Shown: piece after piece, positions 12,101-23,029 of the stretch
Numbering within the stretch: the first letter of the stretch is position 1
How the letters are laid out: each line of letters opens with the position of its first letter
Assembly: GCA_043228905.1 (NCBI GenBank)
Contig: JBHGNT010000006.1
Location: 21,762,001-21,826,000 of the forward strand
Length of the DNA stretch: 64,000 bases
Direction: 5' to 3'
Source: Azolla caroliniana
Lineage: Eukaryota > Plantae > Polypodiophyta
Position numbers and translations under genes: made by a program
Notes under the pieces: model-generated
What the model was told of the DNA's origin: nothing
The model's database searches: none
What the model saw: only the letters and a program-made list of their open reading frames with translations

Positions 12101-15100
12101 TCTACAAGACCGCGATGCCAATACGACTCGAGGGGTACATAGACGCCGATTGGGCCGGCTACAAAGCCAATAGAATATCAACCTCCGGATTTGTTTTTTC
12201 CCTCGACAGCGGAGCAATATCCTGGAGCAGCAAAAAGCAACCAACTGTCGCTCTTTCGAGCACAGAGACGGAATACAGGGGTGCAGCAGTGGCCGCATGT
12301 GAAGCCGTATGGCTCAAAAGGATACTCAAGGATCTGGGCGTACCCATCAAGGATCCGACTTCCCTTTACTGCGACAACATGAGCACTATCTATCTAGCTC
12401 GGAACCCGGTGTTCCAGGCGCGGACAAAGCACATTGAAGTGCACTATCACTTCATTCGAGAGCGCGTTCTAGCTGGCGATGTCGACCTACAATACATTAG
12501 CACAAATCTTCAAACGGCCGACATCTTCACTAAAGCCTTAGGAGCCGACAAGCTATGGCAATTCATGACCGATCTCGGATTGACGATCCTTGATCTGCCA
12601 AGCTTGAGGGGGAGTACTGAAGACACTACGCAATAACACGTGGATTCCGTAACCGCGCAACGAAGCCGCGAAGAGCCGATCTATCACGCAAAGCCGCGAA
12701 GAAAGACGCAAGCCGAAGCACAGATTTCGCAACTACGCACAACGCAAGCTGGAGCACGGATTCCGCAACTCCGCATAAATGCGAGTTGACGCAAGTCGAC
12801 GCGAACTCTGGAACGCGAGTCGAAACGGATTTCGGATACCGTCTGAAACCGACCCAACTTGAGCTTGAGGGGGCGTGTTGAGAATCAAGCTCAACTTGGT
12901 CTAGTGTGTGAACTCACCTTGAGAGTGAATAGACACTCCAACGGTCAAGAGTCACAATTATATCACCACTTTGTATTCTAGCATTTAGTATGAGTTATAG
13001 AATCATATTCTATGACACATAACTTATGAGCTTTCACATTCCCCATGCTCCTTGAGTCTTGTAGTTAATGAAGAGAGAGGGTGACTATATAAAGCACCCT
13101 CCTCCTACCTTGTATAATGTTGAGTCTTTCTCCTTTGTTAATATACTTTACCTTGCGTATTCTCTATGTCTTACTCCTTGTCTCTCTCTCACTCTCTCTC
13201 TCTCTCTCTCATACACACACAGTTCATACCTATTCCGCTACACAGAATCCATTCTTATTCTTTACAACCATTTTAGCTTCTTAAAAGATGTTAATATATC
13301 TTTCTTTCTTTCTTCTTTCTCACCCAATTTCCCTCTTTTATTCATTTCTAGGGTTTCATTAAATTTTTAAGACTCTCACAAATCACCCCCTCTAGGGTTT
13401 CAGTTTCATATACAGTCATTGTAACTGCATTACACAGTTTCTTCTGCATCCAATATCCACCATAATCCCTTTTTTAGTTCATAAACCTCTTCCATACATA
13501 TCTTTCTATATAGACTTTTATATTCAACTATGAGGTTTCTATTGTGCACCATGATTTTTTGTCAGTAACTTCTGAAATTTTCCAGAAATAAAAAGAGTTG
13601 AATTTTAGACATTACATTACATTTCATTGACGAAGCTTGTATGGGTTTAGTTTCCCATTTGCAATTTCCACTGGCAAAATATGTCTTCTAGGAACTATGC
13701 TTCTTTCTGAATTTCTTCTGCTTATCATTTATCTACCTTTTAGACAGCAGTATATAAAGACATGGGCAAATAGCCAATTATTGATGCAGAAAACACATGT
13801 GTGTCAAGGCTGAAAAAACATTGTTGATCAGCTCCTTGCATGTTAGTTATATGATTGCATTTTTCCAGAAGCAGATTTTGAGCAACAAACTTCGAAAGAA
13901 ACTTGAATGATAGCAAAAATATCCGCGTATCATGTTATCCTTACCTAAGCACAGGTCAGTGTGTTTGAACAACATCCCAGCAAGAACTTGTAACTGCAAG
14001 AAGAATAGTGAAGCTTGAGAAAAAATATGAAGGAAAGATAAATTATATACTGAATTTAATGACTTGCCAATAAACTTAAAAGCTACCAATGCTGGTAAAC
14101 AGAATTCGACTATTTGGAAATTTGTCTGAGATGACAGGTTAAAAATTAACCCATGTGGGCATATGAGATCCATCATGTTGTGAGCAAAAACATTTAATGT
14201 AACATAAGATAGTCAGCTTAATATAACATAATTAATAGAGAATATTACCAATAGTTTACAGCTCAATCCATTTCAAAGTAGCCTCAAATGAAAAGTGAAA
14301 GAAAAGGTATCATATATAGCTAGTAAAATACCTTCAACAGCGTTCAAAAGACTGAAATAATGTACCCATATATTGATGGCTTTTCAACGGTACGATAAAT
14401 TACGATGAATTGAGTAAAAAATAAGAGTCCCGTTCCATCTGAATATTAGCCATTCAAAATTAGACAAAGTCCCATGTAAAAAATAACCCCAATAAGCACA
14501 AATGAATATCTAGCAAGAAAAGGTGGAAGGCATCGTAAGTGTGGCCCCATCAATTCATTGTTTGTAATTGTTTAGTTCCAGTTCCATGTTTTCCATCCAT
14601 TTTTTATTGCAGAATCTGTATAGACAGGTGTATTGTACTTGTCATGGTCATTGTATCTTATTTCAATTTGGCAATTTTTTTAATTACAACTAGTTTTTTT
14701 TCCAATTTCATAATTGTGGTTTCAAAGACGGAATTACTACTTGCAGTCATAAATCGTGATAGACACACATGGGTGATAGATCAAAGGTTCACATCCTTGA
14801 TCTTCTCTTTTATTTGTTTTATTGCATTCAAGTAGTCCTGGTCCCTATTTAGCCTGAATCTCAAATGGTTTTTGCAATATGGCTTCTCCTTTGGATGTGC
14901 CTGGAGCTGGCGCATGGAGAAGATCGAGGTGATTTACTAATGAAGTGGTAGACAATAGTTAAGATTATTCATGTAGAATAGTAGGTAAAACTTCCTGCAG
15001 TAATATTCATCTCACACAAAAACTTAAGGATATAAACCAAAGCATTTTGTTTCTATTACTCTTTTAACGTGTCTTAGGGTGATGGGAATAGGCATTTACT

Positions 15101-17154
15101 TAATTTTGAAGACAATGATAATCATAGAAAAATGTATAAAAATCTACATAGTTATATGCAGATATGTAAATATGTACATTTATGAGCTACTTATTAGCAA
15201 AGAACCTCGTTTTTCCGACGTAGGCCTTCAAATTTGAAGGGTTGAATTATTATCATCACTGAGAGACTGCCCTGGACTCTATTGGCTTGAAGAACACCTA
15301 AAGCTTCCTCTGCACATGAATTGGCACCCACTCCTATGACCTGGTAAACAGCCAACAGATCCTACTATCTTCTCACATTGTCATATGGAAAAAACCGCAA
15401 CCATAATCATAATATGTTAATGATTTTATACTCAATCCATTTTTTGGCAATGAACATAGTTCTTATTACAGAGATCGATTTAGACAAACTTACACAAATG
15501 ATGACACTAGATGCCTTGTTGAATAGTTGATCTGGAAAATTTGAAGAAATCCGATAAGCAGCTTCCAATAGTAACACATGAGTGCTTGCACAATACAAAA
15601 CTTATTTCTGGTTTAATATACATTTGTGTATATACATAGTCATTTATGTAATACAGCTTAAAGTAGCATAATCACATGTAATTTCGAGACTAACTACAGT
15701 TTCAAGTTCTAGAATCATGAGTTGATGTAAACTAAGAGGTAGTTTTCAAGTTGGTCAACAGAACCATATTGTATAGAAAATCAGAATTACCCACAAAAGA
15801 GAAAATCAACACAAAAAATCTGTGACCTACAAAAAATTGGAAGAAAACTTACCATCAAGCATATTTCTATTGTCTTTGTTCAGTAGGCAAAATGACTGAT
15901 TATCAACAACATCACCTGTGGAAATCCTATCAGATTCCAATGTTCAGTCATATAAAATGGAACATAAGTTTAATGCTCAATGCTTCTTGTATACTCAAGT
16001 TGCTGCACTTAACAGTAGAATAAGATACTTCATTGGGATCAAAATATATTTGTGACTTCAATATGGAAAAAACAACTTAATAGAAGAAAATATATTGATG
16101 GTTCCATCATCTTAACCACCATACATTACCTATCCAAAACACTAGGTACATTGATAGCCAGAGAGAGAATCATTAAACATTCCACCATTTTTACAAAGAT
16201 TCATTAAGCATCCAAAAAACTAGGTACATACTTTGACAAAAGAAACCATAAAAAAAGAAAAAATTGGGTGCAACATAATCATTGAGAAAACGTCCATTAA
16301 ACAAAGAAACACTTTGAAGGTATCCAACATACAAGGCATATAAGGCATCCAACATATGATGAGTATCCATCATCTTCGCAAGCAGCTATTTGTGCATAAA
16401 AATAAAATAAGAATTTATATCTATCCTCTTTGGAATCATTTGTTATATGCATAAACAGACTATAATTTATATCCATCATCTTTGCAACTACTTTGATAAT
16501 ATGTAATAATAAAATGGGGCAAAATCCAAAAAATCACTGAGATCTTTATTTTCCAAATGCCACTAAGTTTTCCATCATTTCTCCAAATGACCCTGATCAA
16601 CCCCTGAAAGAGCGATAAAGGGGATGATGATTGAAATTTGATCATATATTTGCTCATGAAGAGGTTGATGAATTGCATTCAGGGAAATAACGAAATTTTT
16701 GGGGGTGTCCAGTGAAATAAAGAAAAATTCTGATGTATTTCGGGTATTTGAAATAATAAATACATTATCTTTGCAAAGCATAAATTCTACGCATATAGAT
16801 AAAGAAAGTGTAAAAAGCGAAAAACATAGCATACCATAGCTCCGCAGAAGGAAGTAGGGAAGATTCTCTGCAGAACTGAAGTGCATTCGAAGCACGGGCG
16901 CCGAGCCCAATCACTTTTACACTTCTTCTTCCATGGCTTTCTGTGTTCACGGAGCTATTTAATGTGGAAAGGCTCACATTCGTCTTCATCTTCTTTTCCT
17001 TCACCGTCAATACCATCTTCTTCGTCTCCTCTTTCTCTTCTTCTCTGATGGAGGAGAAACAGCGCGTCTGAGACAGCTGGGCATGAATGAAAGAAGGGAG
17101 GAGCCATGGCTGATCTGGGCTCAATCCAAAGCTTATCCTGCTTCTACACTGCAT
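1..17154 (-). CDS. ARC3: ARC3-like plastid division protein (FtsZ-like N-terminal domain, middle domain, MORN repeats); spliced gene, 3' end outside window
   Basis: Reconstructed join on the complement: 16835-17154, 15853-15926, 15494-15531, 15206-15340, 13945-13993, 4290-4402, 4115-4186, 3822-3932, 3552-3733, 1683-2751, 1311-1412, 798-935, <1-111. All introns are GT-AG with consistent phases and no internal stops. Motifs collinear with Arabidopsis ARC3 as I recall it: [105 protein letters not shown]. Confidence 0.92.
185..570. repeat. Degenerate intronic tandem repeat, about 4 units of roughly 80-125 bp
   Basis: Recurring 'aaa(c/a)ctatgcta..gatgacgt.aaaa.ctac/tga..ttc.ata' near 191, 314, 427 and 506. 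Confidence 0.55.
798..935 (-). CDS. ARC3: ARC3 exon 12, MORN repeats
   Basis: tgtag|[46 protein letters not shown]|gt; 138 nt. Confidence 0.92.
1311..1412 (-). CDS. ARC3: ARC3 exon 11
   Basis: ctag|[34 protein letters not shown]|gtatg; 102 nt. Confidence 0.9.
1683..2751 (-). CDS. ARC3: ARC3 exon 10, large acidic Ser-rich middle domain
   Basis: Acceptor ttccag| in phase 2, matching the previous exon; overlaps the 349-aa ORF; contains WEPGPNS, PVGIR and LSQRAASML|gt. Confidence 0.88.
3552..3733 (-). CDS. ARC3: ARC3 exon 9
   Basis: aacag|[26 protein letters not shown]...[19 protein letters not shown](R)|gtatg. Confidence 0.88.
3822..3932 (-). CDS. ARC3: ARC3 exon 8
   Basis: ttccag|[37 protein letters not shown]|gtaagt. 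Confidence 0.9.
4115..4186 (-). CDS. ARC3: ARC3 exon 7
   Basis: tcag|[24 protein letters not shown]|gtatgt. Confidence 0.85.
4290..4402 (-). CDS. ARC3: ARC3 exon 6
   Basis: ctgtag|(V)[37 protein letters not shown]|gtag; FtsZ-like 'AFxxADxxL' region. Confidence 0.9.
4950..7781 (+). mobile_element. LINE-A: decayed RTEX-like LINE, ORF2 remnant; its 3' tail continues at 13272-13320
   Basis: Fragments [51 protein letters not shown]; collinear with the LINE at 54164-57713; left boundary approximate. Confidence 0.85.
7782..8170 (+). repeat. Copia-1 5' LTR
   Basis: TGTTGAGAATC...TTTACA; TATATAA and (TC)n/(CA)n tract; followed by tRNA-iMet PBS. Confidence 0.95.
8316..12636 (+). pseudogene. Copia-1 gag-pol with stops and a frameshift
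   Basis: [14 protein letters not shown] knuckle, [53 protein letters not shown]. Confidence 0.93.
12876..13266 (+). repeat. Copia-1 3' LTR
   Basis: Direct repeat of 7782-8170. Confidence 0.95.
13272..13320 (+). mobile_element. 3' terminus and (TCTT)n tail of LINE-A
   Basis: Joins 7781 across the Copia TSD; matches the 3' end of the LINE at 57860-57950. Confidence 0.8.
13945..13993 (-). CDS. ARC3: ARC3 exon 5
   Basis: ttgcag|[16 protein letters not shown](V)|gtaag; 49 nt, phase fits both neighbours. Confidence 0.85.
15206..15340 (-). CDS. ARC3: ARC3 exon 4, FtsZ-like PFxFEG motif
   Basis: accag|[45 protein letters not shown]|gt. Confidence 0.92.
15494..15531 (-). CDS. ARC3: ARC3 exon 3 (38 nt)
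   Basis: ttccag|(D)[12 protein letters not shown]|gtaagt; needed to reconcile the phases of its neighbours. Confidence 0.78.
15853..15926 (-). CDS. ARC3: ARC3 exon 2
   Basis: gatag|(W)[24 protein letters not shown]|gtaagt. An alternative acceptor at 15916 would require an extra exon. Confidence 0.7.
16835..17154 (-). CDS. ARC3: ARC3 exon 1: putative transit peptide and start of FtsZ-like domain
   Basis: MQCRSRISF...[30 protein letters not shown](W)|gtatg; true start codon uncertain. Confidence 0.82.
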
Positions 17155-17215
17155 ATTCCAGATGGTGAAATAAAATGAAGGATTTTCCTATGCCATAGCT
17201 TTTGTTGAAACCAGA

Positions 17216-17286
17216 CATGATGTATGTATGTATGACATGACATGACATGACATGACATGTATGTATACAATATGACATGTGTGTAT
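17216..17286. repeat. (TATG)n/(CATGA)n microsatellite upstream of ARC3
   Basis: Directly visible. Confidence 0.85.
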
Positions 17287-17420
17287 GCGCTCGTGTCTAA
17301 CTAACTGCTACCAAAAATTAAAGCGGGCAAGTGAGGGAATCGCGGTCACGGACGGTGCAGGTTGCACAGCTGATGGCGCGTGCGATCTCCACCATCCAAT
17401 GTGGATTAAAAAAAAAATTG

Positions 17421-17690
17421 GCAGCGTCTGTCACCAGGAGCCCGACTCTCCGACAGCCTCTGTCACCAGGAGCTCGACTCCGTCACAAGGAGCTCCGCTG
17501 TCTGATAGCCTCTGTCACCAGGAACCCGACTCTGTCACAAGGAGCCCTGCTATTTGACAGCCTCTGTCACCAGGAGCTCGACTTTGTCACAAGGAGCCCC
17601 GCTATCTATCAGCCTCTGTCACCAGGAGCCCAACTCTGTCAAAAGGAGCCCCGACGTCTGACAACCTTTGTCACCAGGAGCCCGACTTGG
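17421..17690 (+). repeat. Subterminal 52-bp tandem repeat (about 5 copies), core AGGAGCCCGACT
   Basis: Unit cagcctctgtcaccaggagcYcgactctgtcacaaggagccccgctatctga, starting at 17454. Confidence 0.9.
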
Positions 17691-18110
17691 AAACAAACAT
17701 CAAAAACTCCAGAAAAATGTTAAGTGTACAACAAATATTTTGCCATGAAAATGATGCATAAACTTCCTCAAAAGAAACCTAAACTTCCAAATTGTTGAAA
17801 ACCTAAAACTTAAAACTTAAAAATCGCACAAACTTCTATCTCCAAGCTCTAAATAACAAATCAACATAAAGTTTCAAATAACAAGTCTTACACAAAAGAT
17901 TAAAACGTCAAATGTTGATAATGGGAATAATCCAAGCCAAAAACCCTAAAATGAAATATGAATACACGTTACATATTAAGATTATGGCTCATGTTGGGAT
18001 GATGGCAAAATGCAACCACAATTTTTACAACATGTAACAATAGAGTCCCTTGAAGTCAAGGTCAATGCAAACACTGAACCTTCTCATGGTCACATATTGG
18101 CAATCGCCTC

Positions 18111-20786
18111 CTAGCCCGACTTACACCTCTTTCTAGTTTTTCGGTGTGGGATTTTGAAGTGTTTGGGGAGCTGCCAACAAGTTCTTGCGAGATGTCTATT
18201 GTTGCGACTTATTGATCTGCCATCTTCTTCATTGGGTGATTTTGGTGCACCAACACGATACACCGTCTCAGTCATATCTTCCAATGTTTGTATACATTCC
18301 CAAATAGTTGCACGGTTGAAGGTTCCTAACCCTTGCTTGAGCCATTGAAGTGCTTCCTCGACCGTTTGTATTTTGGACTTCAATGATTCCATCTCTAATG
18401 TTGTGGGGTTTGTCTCCCCGACTTGTTCTACCTCTGTCTCCACTTCTATTTTTGTATTGTGGTCCATTTGCATTTGGGTCGTGTGATCTATAAAAGGCAA
18501 CGAGCCACATAAATGTGGCATGTGCCTCTCAATAATCATTCAGATATCGAGTAAATGCTTACATTTACTTGAAAGCTCAAGATTCTAAACCAATATCGGG
18601 CCTCACCCACAATATGCATTGTGGAAGTATTGTCAACATACCTTTCCAATATACTCTCGGCCTCTTTAAGTCAGGACCTTTGATTCCTATAATTTGCACA
18701 GGGTGCAAATCGACCACTCTCACATATATTATTGTTGTTGCTTGTACCACTCTATGACCGTTCCCTTCAATGCAAGTGTCAGTTTCATTGTCCCCGATTA
18801 AGACATGCACAAGGTCGATAATTGATCTTTTTATCCTTCCTCTCAAGGCAGTATACTTGATAAACTTCGAATGTCTTTCCACAATATTGGTAGTGTCAAC
18901 ATGACCGTAGTTGAACATTCTACCAAACTTGGGCCAAAGTTTCCTCCACACACATGTAAACCACACCATCCTCCTATATATTGCCAAACACCGGGCTTGT
19001 CTACATATTCTACCTTTAACTCCTCACACATCGTGTTGAATGCGGATGTGGATTCAATAATGCATTGCATCAGTTGGCAAATTTGTTGATAAAGATGGCT
19101 TCTCTTAGTTGCACTTACTTTTGGCAACAAGTTGTCCACCCATGATTGGCGTGAAACTAACACAACAAAAGTCGACAATGTGTTTGTGATCATTGGCCAT
19201 TTACAAAAATCCAAGATTGATGGTCTGTTGCAACCACATTAGTTATGACATTATATGATGTCCAACATTTATCAATCATTATCGCATTTGGCCTCACCGT
19301 GGGCATCCTTGCGAATATGACTCACAAGCAAGTTTCTAATGCGACTTGCTCATGGTTTGATCCCTTATAAGAACTACAAAGCATGTACCATAAGGGCGTC
19401 CCAATTCCCATGGCGTTGAGGGCAACAACTGCATATAATGGTAGCCTGAATTGGTTTGTTTGAAATGTCAAGTCGATTGCCCAAGAGTTGTTTAGGGTCA
19501 ACCGCTCACACATTTCCAACATCCATTGATCTTGAAGTATCAAGATAAATGGTTGTCTAGCGGGAGATCTTGGTTCACCAGGTAGGTAAGGTTGAACATG
19601 AGCCACTTCCCCAAGATCTTGAAGTGCATAGGCATCTTGCATCATCAAAGACCAATCAACCTCTGACATGGCACTCCCAATTTTTAACCTATTTGCCATG
19701 TTATGGAACTCCTTTGGTATCATAAAGGACCTATAGCTAGCAAGCTTTAATGGACTAGCCTTGGACTTATGATATGCTTCCTTACGCATGCTCATTCGTG
19801 CCACATGCCTTGCACACCCAACATAAAATAGGTCATCTTTGCAACTACATTGGGGGTGTGCTGGAAAATAGTACACATCCGACCTACTACTTGGTACATG
19901 ACCACTATGAGGTTCATATATTGAAATGGTCAGTGTCTCATTGTCAACCTCGTCATTTCTTCTACCATCCACATGGAATGTACACCCACATCGAGGTGTG
20001 CACCTACATCATTGAGTGGAATTAGATGCAAGTCAAAATGTCCCAACACGATGACAACTATGTCTAGTCACACACATACCCACGTTGACTCCTTAAGCGT
20101 GTGTGAAACTTGGTTTGCAAATCCGTGAGCGCATCATATGATTGGTGGGTTTCTACCTTGATCACTTCTATGGGTAGGGCTTTCTTATATTTGGCCATGC
20201 TCACTCCCAACATGTCGTTTGGGTCGACCTTCGACACCATTTGGCAACCACAACATGTAATGAGTGCTTTTACATACTCCGATGCGATGCCATAATCATG
20301 TACATCAGTCGCATAACCCCACTTTAACTCTTTAAGAGTCTTTGAAAATGTCTGATGGGACACGTCACCATGTGACGCTAACACTACCTCCCTCCATTTC
20401 TCGACATATATTGCTTGAAGATTAGGTGATGCCTTAAGGTAGATTGCACTCTCATTCCCGAGTATGAGACGACTCTTCATGCGCCTCCATGCATGGAGAT
20501 TTAGAGGTGCACCCCTTGCGACATCACGTCATGCTTCTAATGTTACCTTAACTTGTCTCGATAAATCTATAACCATCAAATCATACGTACCTCTTGAGAA
20601 TGCAAAATACCTGGGGGAACAATACATGAAGGGATCCACCGCCTCATCCTCACGATTAGAATCAAATGACTCATTTGGCATCTCCAATTCGTCCTCAAAT
20701 ACAAATGATGCAGTGGATGACCATGACGTATCCTCCAATTCATCTTCTAACATGGCAAAGACACCATGATGCAATGTGCTCTCCAT
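18111..20786 (-). pseudogene. MULE-type DDE transposase remnant
   Basis: WAIDLTFQTNQFRLPLY (first D), PNAIMIDKCW (second D, near 19270), DTTNIVERHSKFIKY (E motif); fragmented by stops and frameshifts. Confidence 0.8.
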
Positions 20787-20840
20787 AGATGGTTGTGGTC
20801 GATTACTACGATGATTGAAGTTATTGAATACAATGTGATC

Positions 20841-21590
20841 GAGAATGCCAATGATTGAGGTGAATGAATTTAGTGTGAATGATTATGCCAATGAATGAAG
20901 TGAATGAATTCAGATCTCAGTGAATGATCAAGAATGCGAGCTCTTAATGAATGATCTCAGTGAGAATGCCAGTGATTGAGGTGAATGAATTTAGTGTGAG
21001 CGATTATGGCAAAGAACGAAATGAATGATTTCAGCTCTTAGTGAATGATTGAGAATGCAAGCTCTTAGTGCATGATCTCAACGAGAATGCCAGTGATTGA
21101 GGTGAATGAATTTAGTGTGAGCGATTATGGCAAAGAACGAAATGAATGATTTCAGCTCTTAGTGAATGATTGAGAATGCAAGCTCTTAGTGCATGATCTC
21201 AACGAGAATGCCAGTGATTGAGGTGAATGAATTTAGTGTGAGCGATTATGGCAAAGAACGAAATGAATGATTTCAGCTCTTAGTGAATGATTGAGAATGC
21301 AAGCTCTTAGTGCATGATCTCAACGAGAATGCCAGTGATTGAGGTGAATGAATTTAGTGTGAGCGATTATGGCAAAGAACGAAATGAATGATTTCAACTC
21401 TTAGTGAATGATTGAGAATGCAAGCTCTTAGTGCATGATCTCAACGAGAATGCCAGTGATTGAGGTGAATGAATTTAGTGTGAGCGATTATGGCAAAGAA
21501 CGAAATGAATGATTTCAACTCTTAGTGAATGATTGAGAATGCAAGCTCTTAGTGCATGATCTCAACGAGAATGCCAGTGATTGAGGAGTG
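20841..21590 (+). repeat. 121-bp tandem array, about 6.2 units
   Basis: Units start at 20841, 20962, 21083, 21204, 21325, 21446 and 21567. Confidence 0.97.
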
Positions 21591-22179
21591 ATTATGCCAA
21601 TGAATGAAGTGAATGTTAGTGACTTCAGTGAATCAATCCAGTATGAATGATTATGCAATGAAAATGGTCGTTAGTATGATCGTTGCAGCACAATCATTAC
21701 ACGTAGTTGGGCACCTACATATTAATGAGTCAGGCTCCACAGAAGAGTAACAATGAGACGACTGACATATTAGATCTATAGTGAAGACACATCCAATGGA
21801 GACAGACTTTTGGGTCAAAGCAGGATGCAATGGCCTTTTATTAGAGAAAATTTGCATCAAAGGCAAGAGAGTGCAACGCCATTAAAATATATAGCTCTTT
21901 CATGCATGTGAAGTTCAACATGATCACCCTAGTAAGATGATATGGCATAAGAGTAGATCATAAGTAAATGGGGCATTACCCACATTGCTGGTCGATCGCT
22001 ACAATGAGTATAGTGAGGGAAGTGGAAATTGATTATTGATTTCAGTGTGATTGAATCCAATGAAAATTGTATTCAAATTGCAAATATGTGATTATTTATG
22101 GTGATTGTATTTAGAGGAATATGGTCGTTAGTATGATCGTTGTAGTGCAATCATTACAAATAGTTGGGTAGATGCATAT

Positions 22180-22360
22180 TAATGAGTCAGGCTCCTGCTT
22201 AGTGAGTTGAGAGTCGGGCTCCTTCATGTTTAATGAGCGAGGCTCCTGATTAATGAGTCGGGCTCCTTCTTGTTTAATGAGCCAGGCTCCTAATTAATGG
22301 GTCGAGATCCTGATGGTTTAATGAGTCGGGCACTTTATTAATGAGTTGGGCTCCTTAATA
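22180..22360 (+). repeat. Cluster of TAATGAGTCGGGCTCCT motifs (about 7-8)
   Basis: Inverse of the left subterminal core motif; recurs at 25000-25062. Confidence 0.8.
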
Positions 22361-22379
22361 CAAATTTAAACATACTCAA

Positions 22380-22775
22380 ATTTCACATTCAAAAGATAAG
22401 TTGAATATACAAATTTCATATCAAATTGATTAAGATTCACACTATGCATACAAAAGATACCTTCAACCTATTCAAATTTCATACACAAAAGATACATTGA
22501 ATAAGATTCCACTGAGCATACAATAGATACAACCGATTCAAAATTTCACACTGTGCATACAAAAGTTACATTGAATAAGTTTTGAACATTGAATAAGATT
22601 CACAATGAGCATACAATATATTCAACCGATTCAAAATTTCACATTGTGCATACAAAAGATTGCCACCACATAGAAAATATACCTTCAACCTATTCAAATT
22701 TCATATACAAAAGATTGAATAAGTTTCGAACATTGAATAAGATTCACATTGAGCATACAAAAGATTCACATTGAT
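22380..22775 (+). repeat. Degenerate AT-rich repeats (ttgaataagattcacaNtgagcatacaa)
   Basis: Several imperfect copies visible. Confidence 0.65.
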
Positions 22776-23029
22776 TCATATGCAACCAAAGTGAGATTCA
22801 AATATTGATTTGATATTACAAAATTAACCATATACAAATGGACAAAAATATGCAAAAAAGGGTTGCCACCCTTGATTCCAAAATACAAAAAAGTTGGCGA
22901 TTATGCAACGACATATACAACAGGTTTACAAAAAATATATACAAAAAAGGATGGCAACTTGCATTTGATAGTACATTGAGATCATTTATTTGATATTACA
23001 AAGTACAACTTTGAATGATTAAAATATGG

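Larger units (their letters stand above)
7782..13266 (+). mobile_element. Copia-1 LTR retrotransposon, full length with disrupted ORF, in ARC3 intron 5
   Basis: LTRs 7782-8170 and 12876-13266 (TG...CA); PBS TGGTATCAGAG at 8171; PPT GAGGGGGCG; TSD gccat/accat; domain order gag-PR-IN-RT-RH. Confidence 0.96.

Noticed and set aside
16460-16678. Extra ARC3 exon near 16560-16605
   Set aside because: An acceptor-like site exists but there is no convincing donor; exon 1 splices in phase to 15926 without it
17421-17690. Repeat-spacer array, or the ORFs at 17279-17723
   Set aside because: Plain 52-bp subterminal repeats; the ORFs are by-products of the repeat
20841-21590. CRISPR-like array
   Set aside because: Units are contiguous and near-identical with no unique spacers; eukaryotic context and no cas genes
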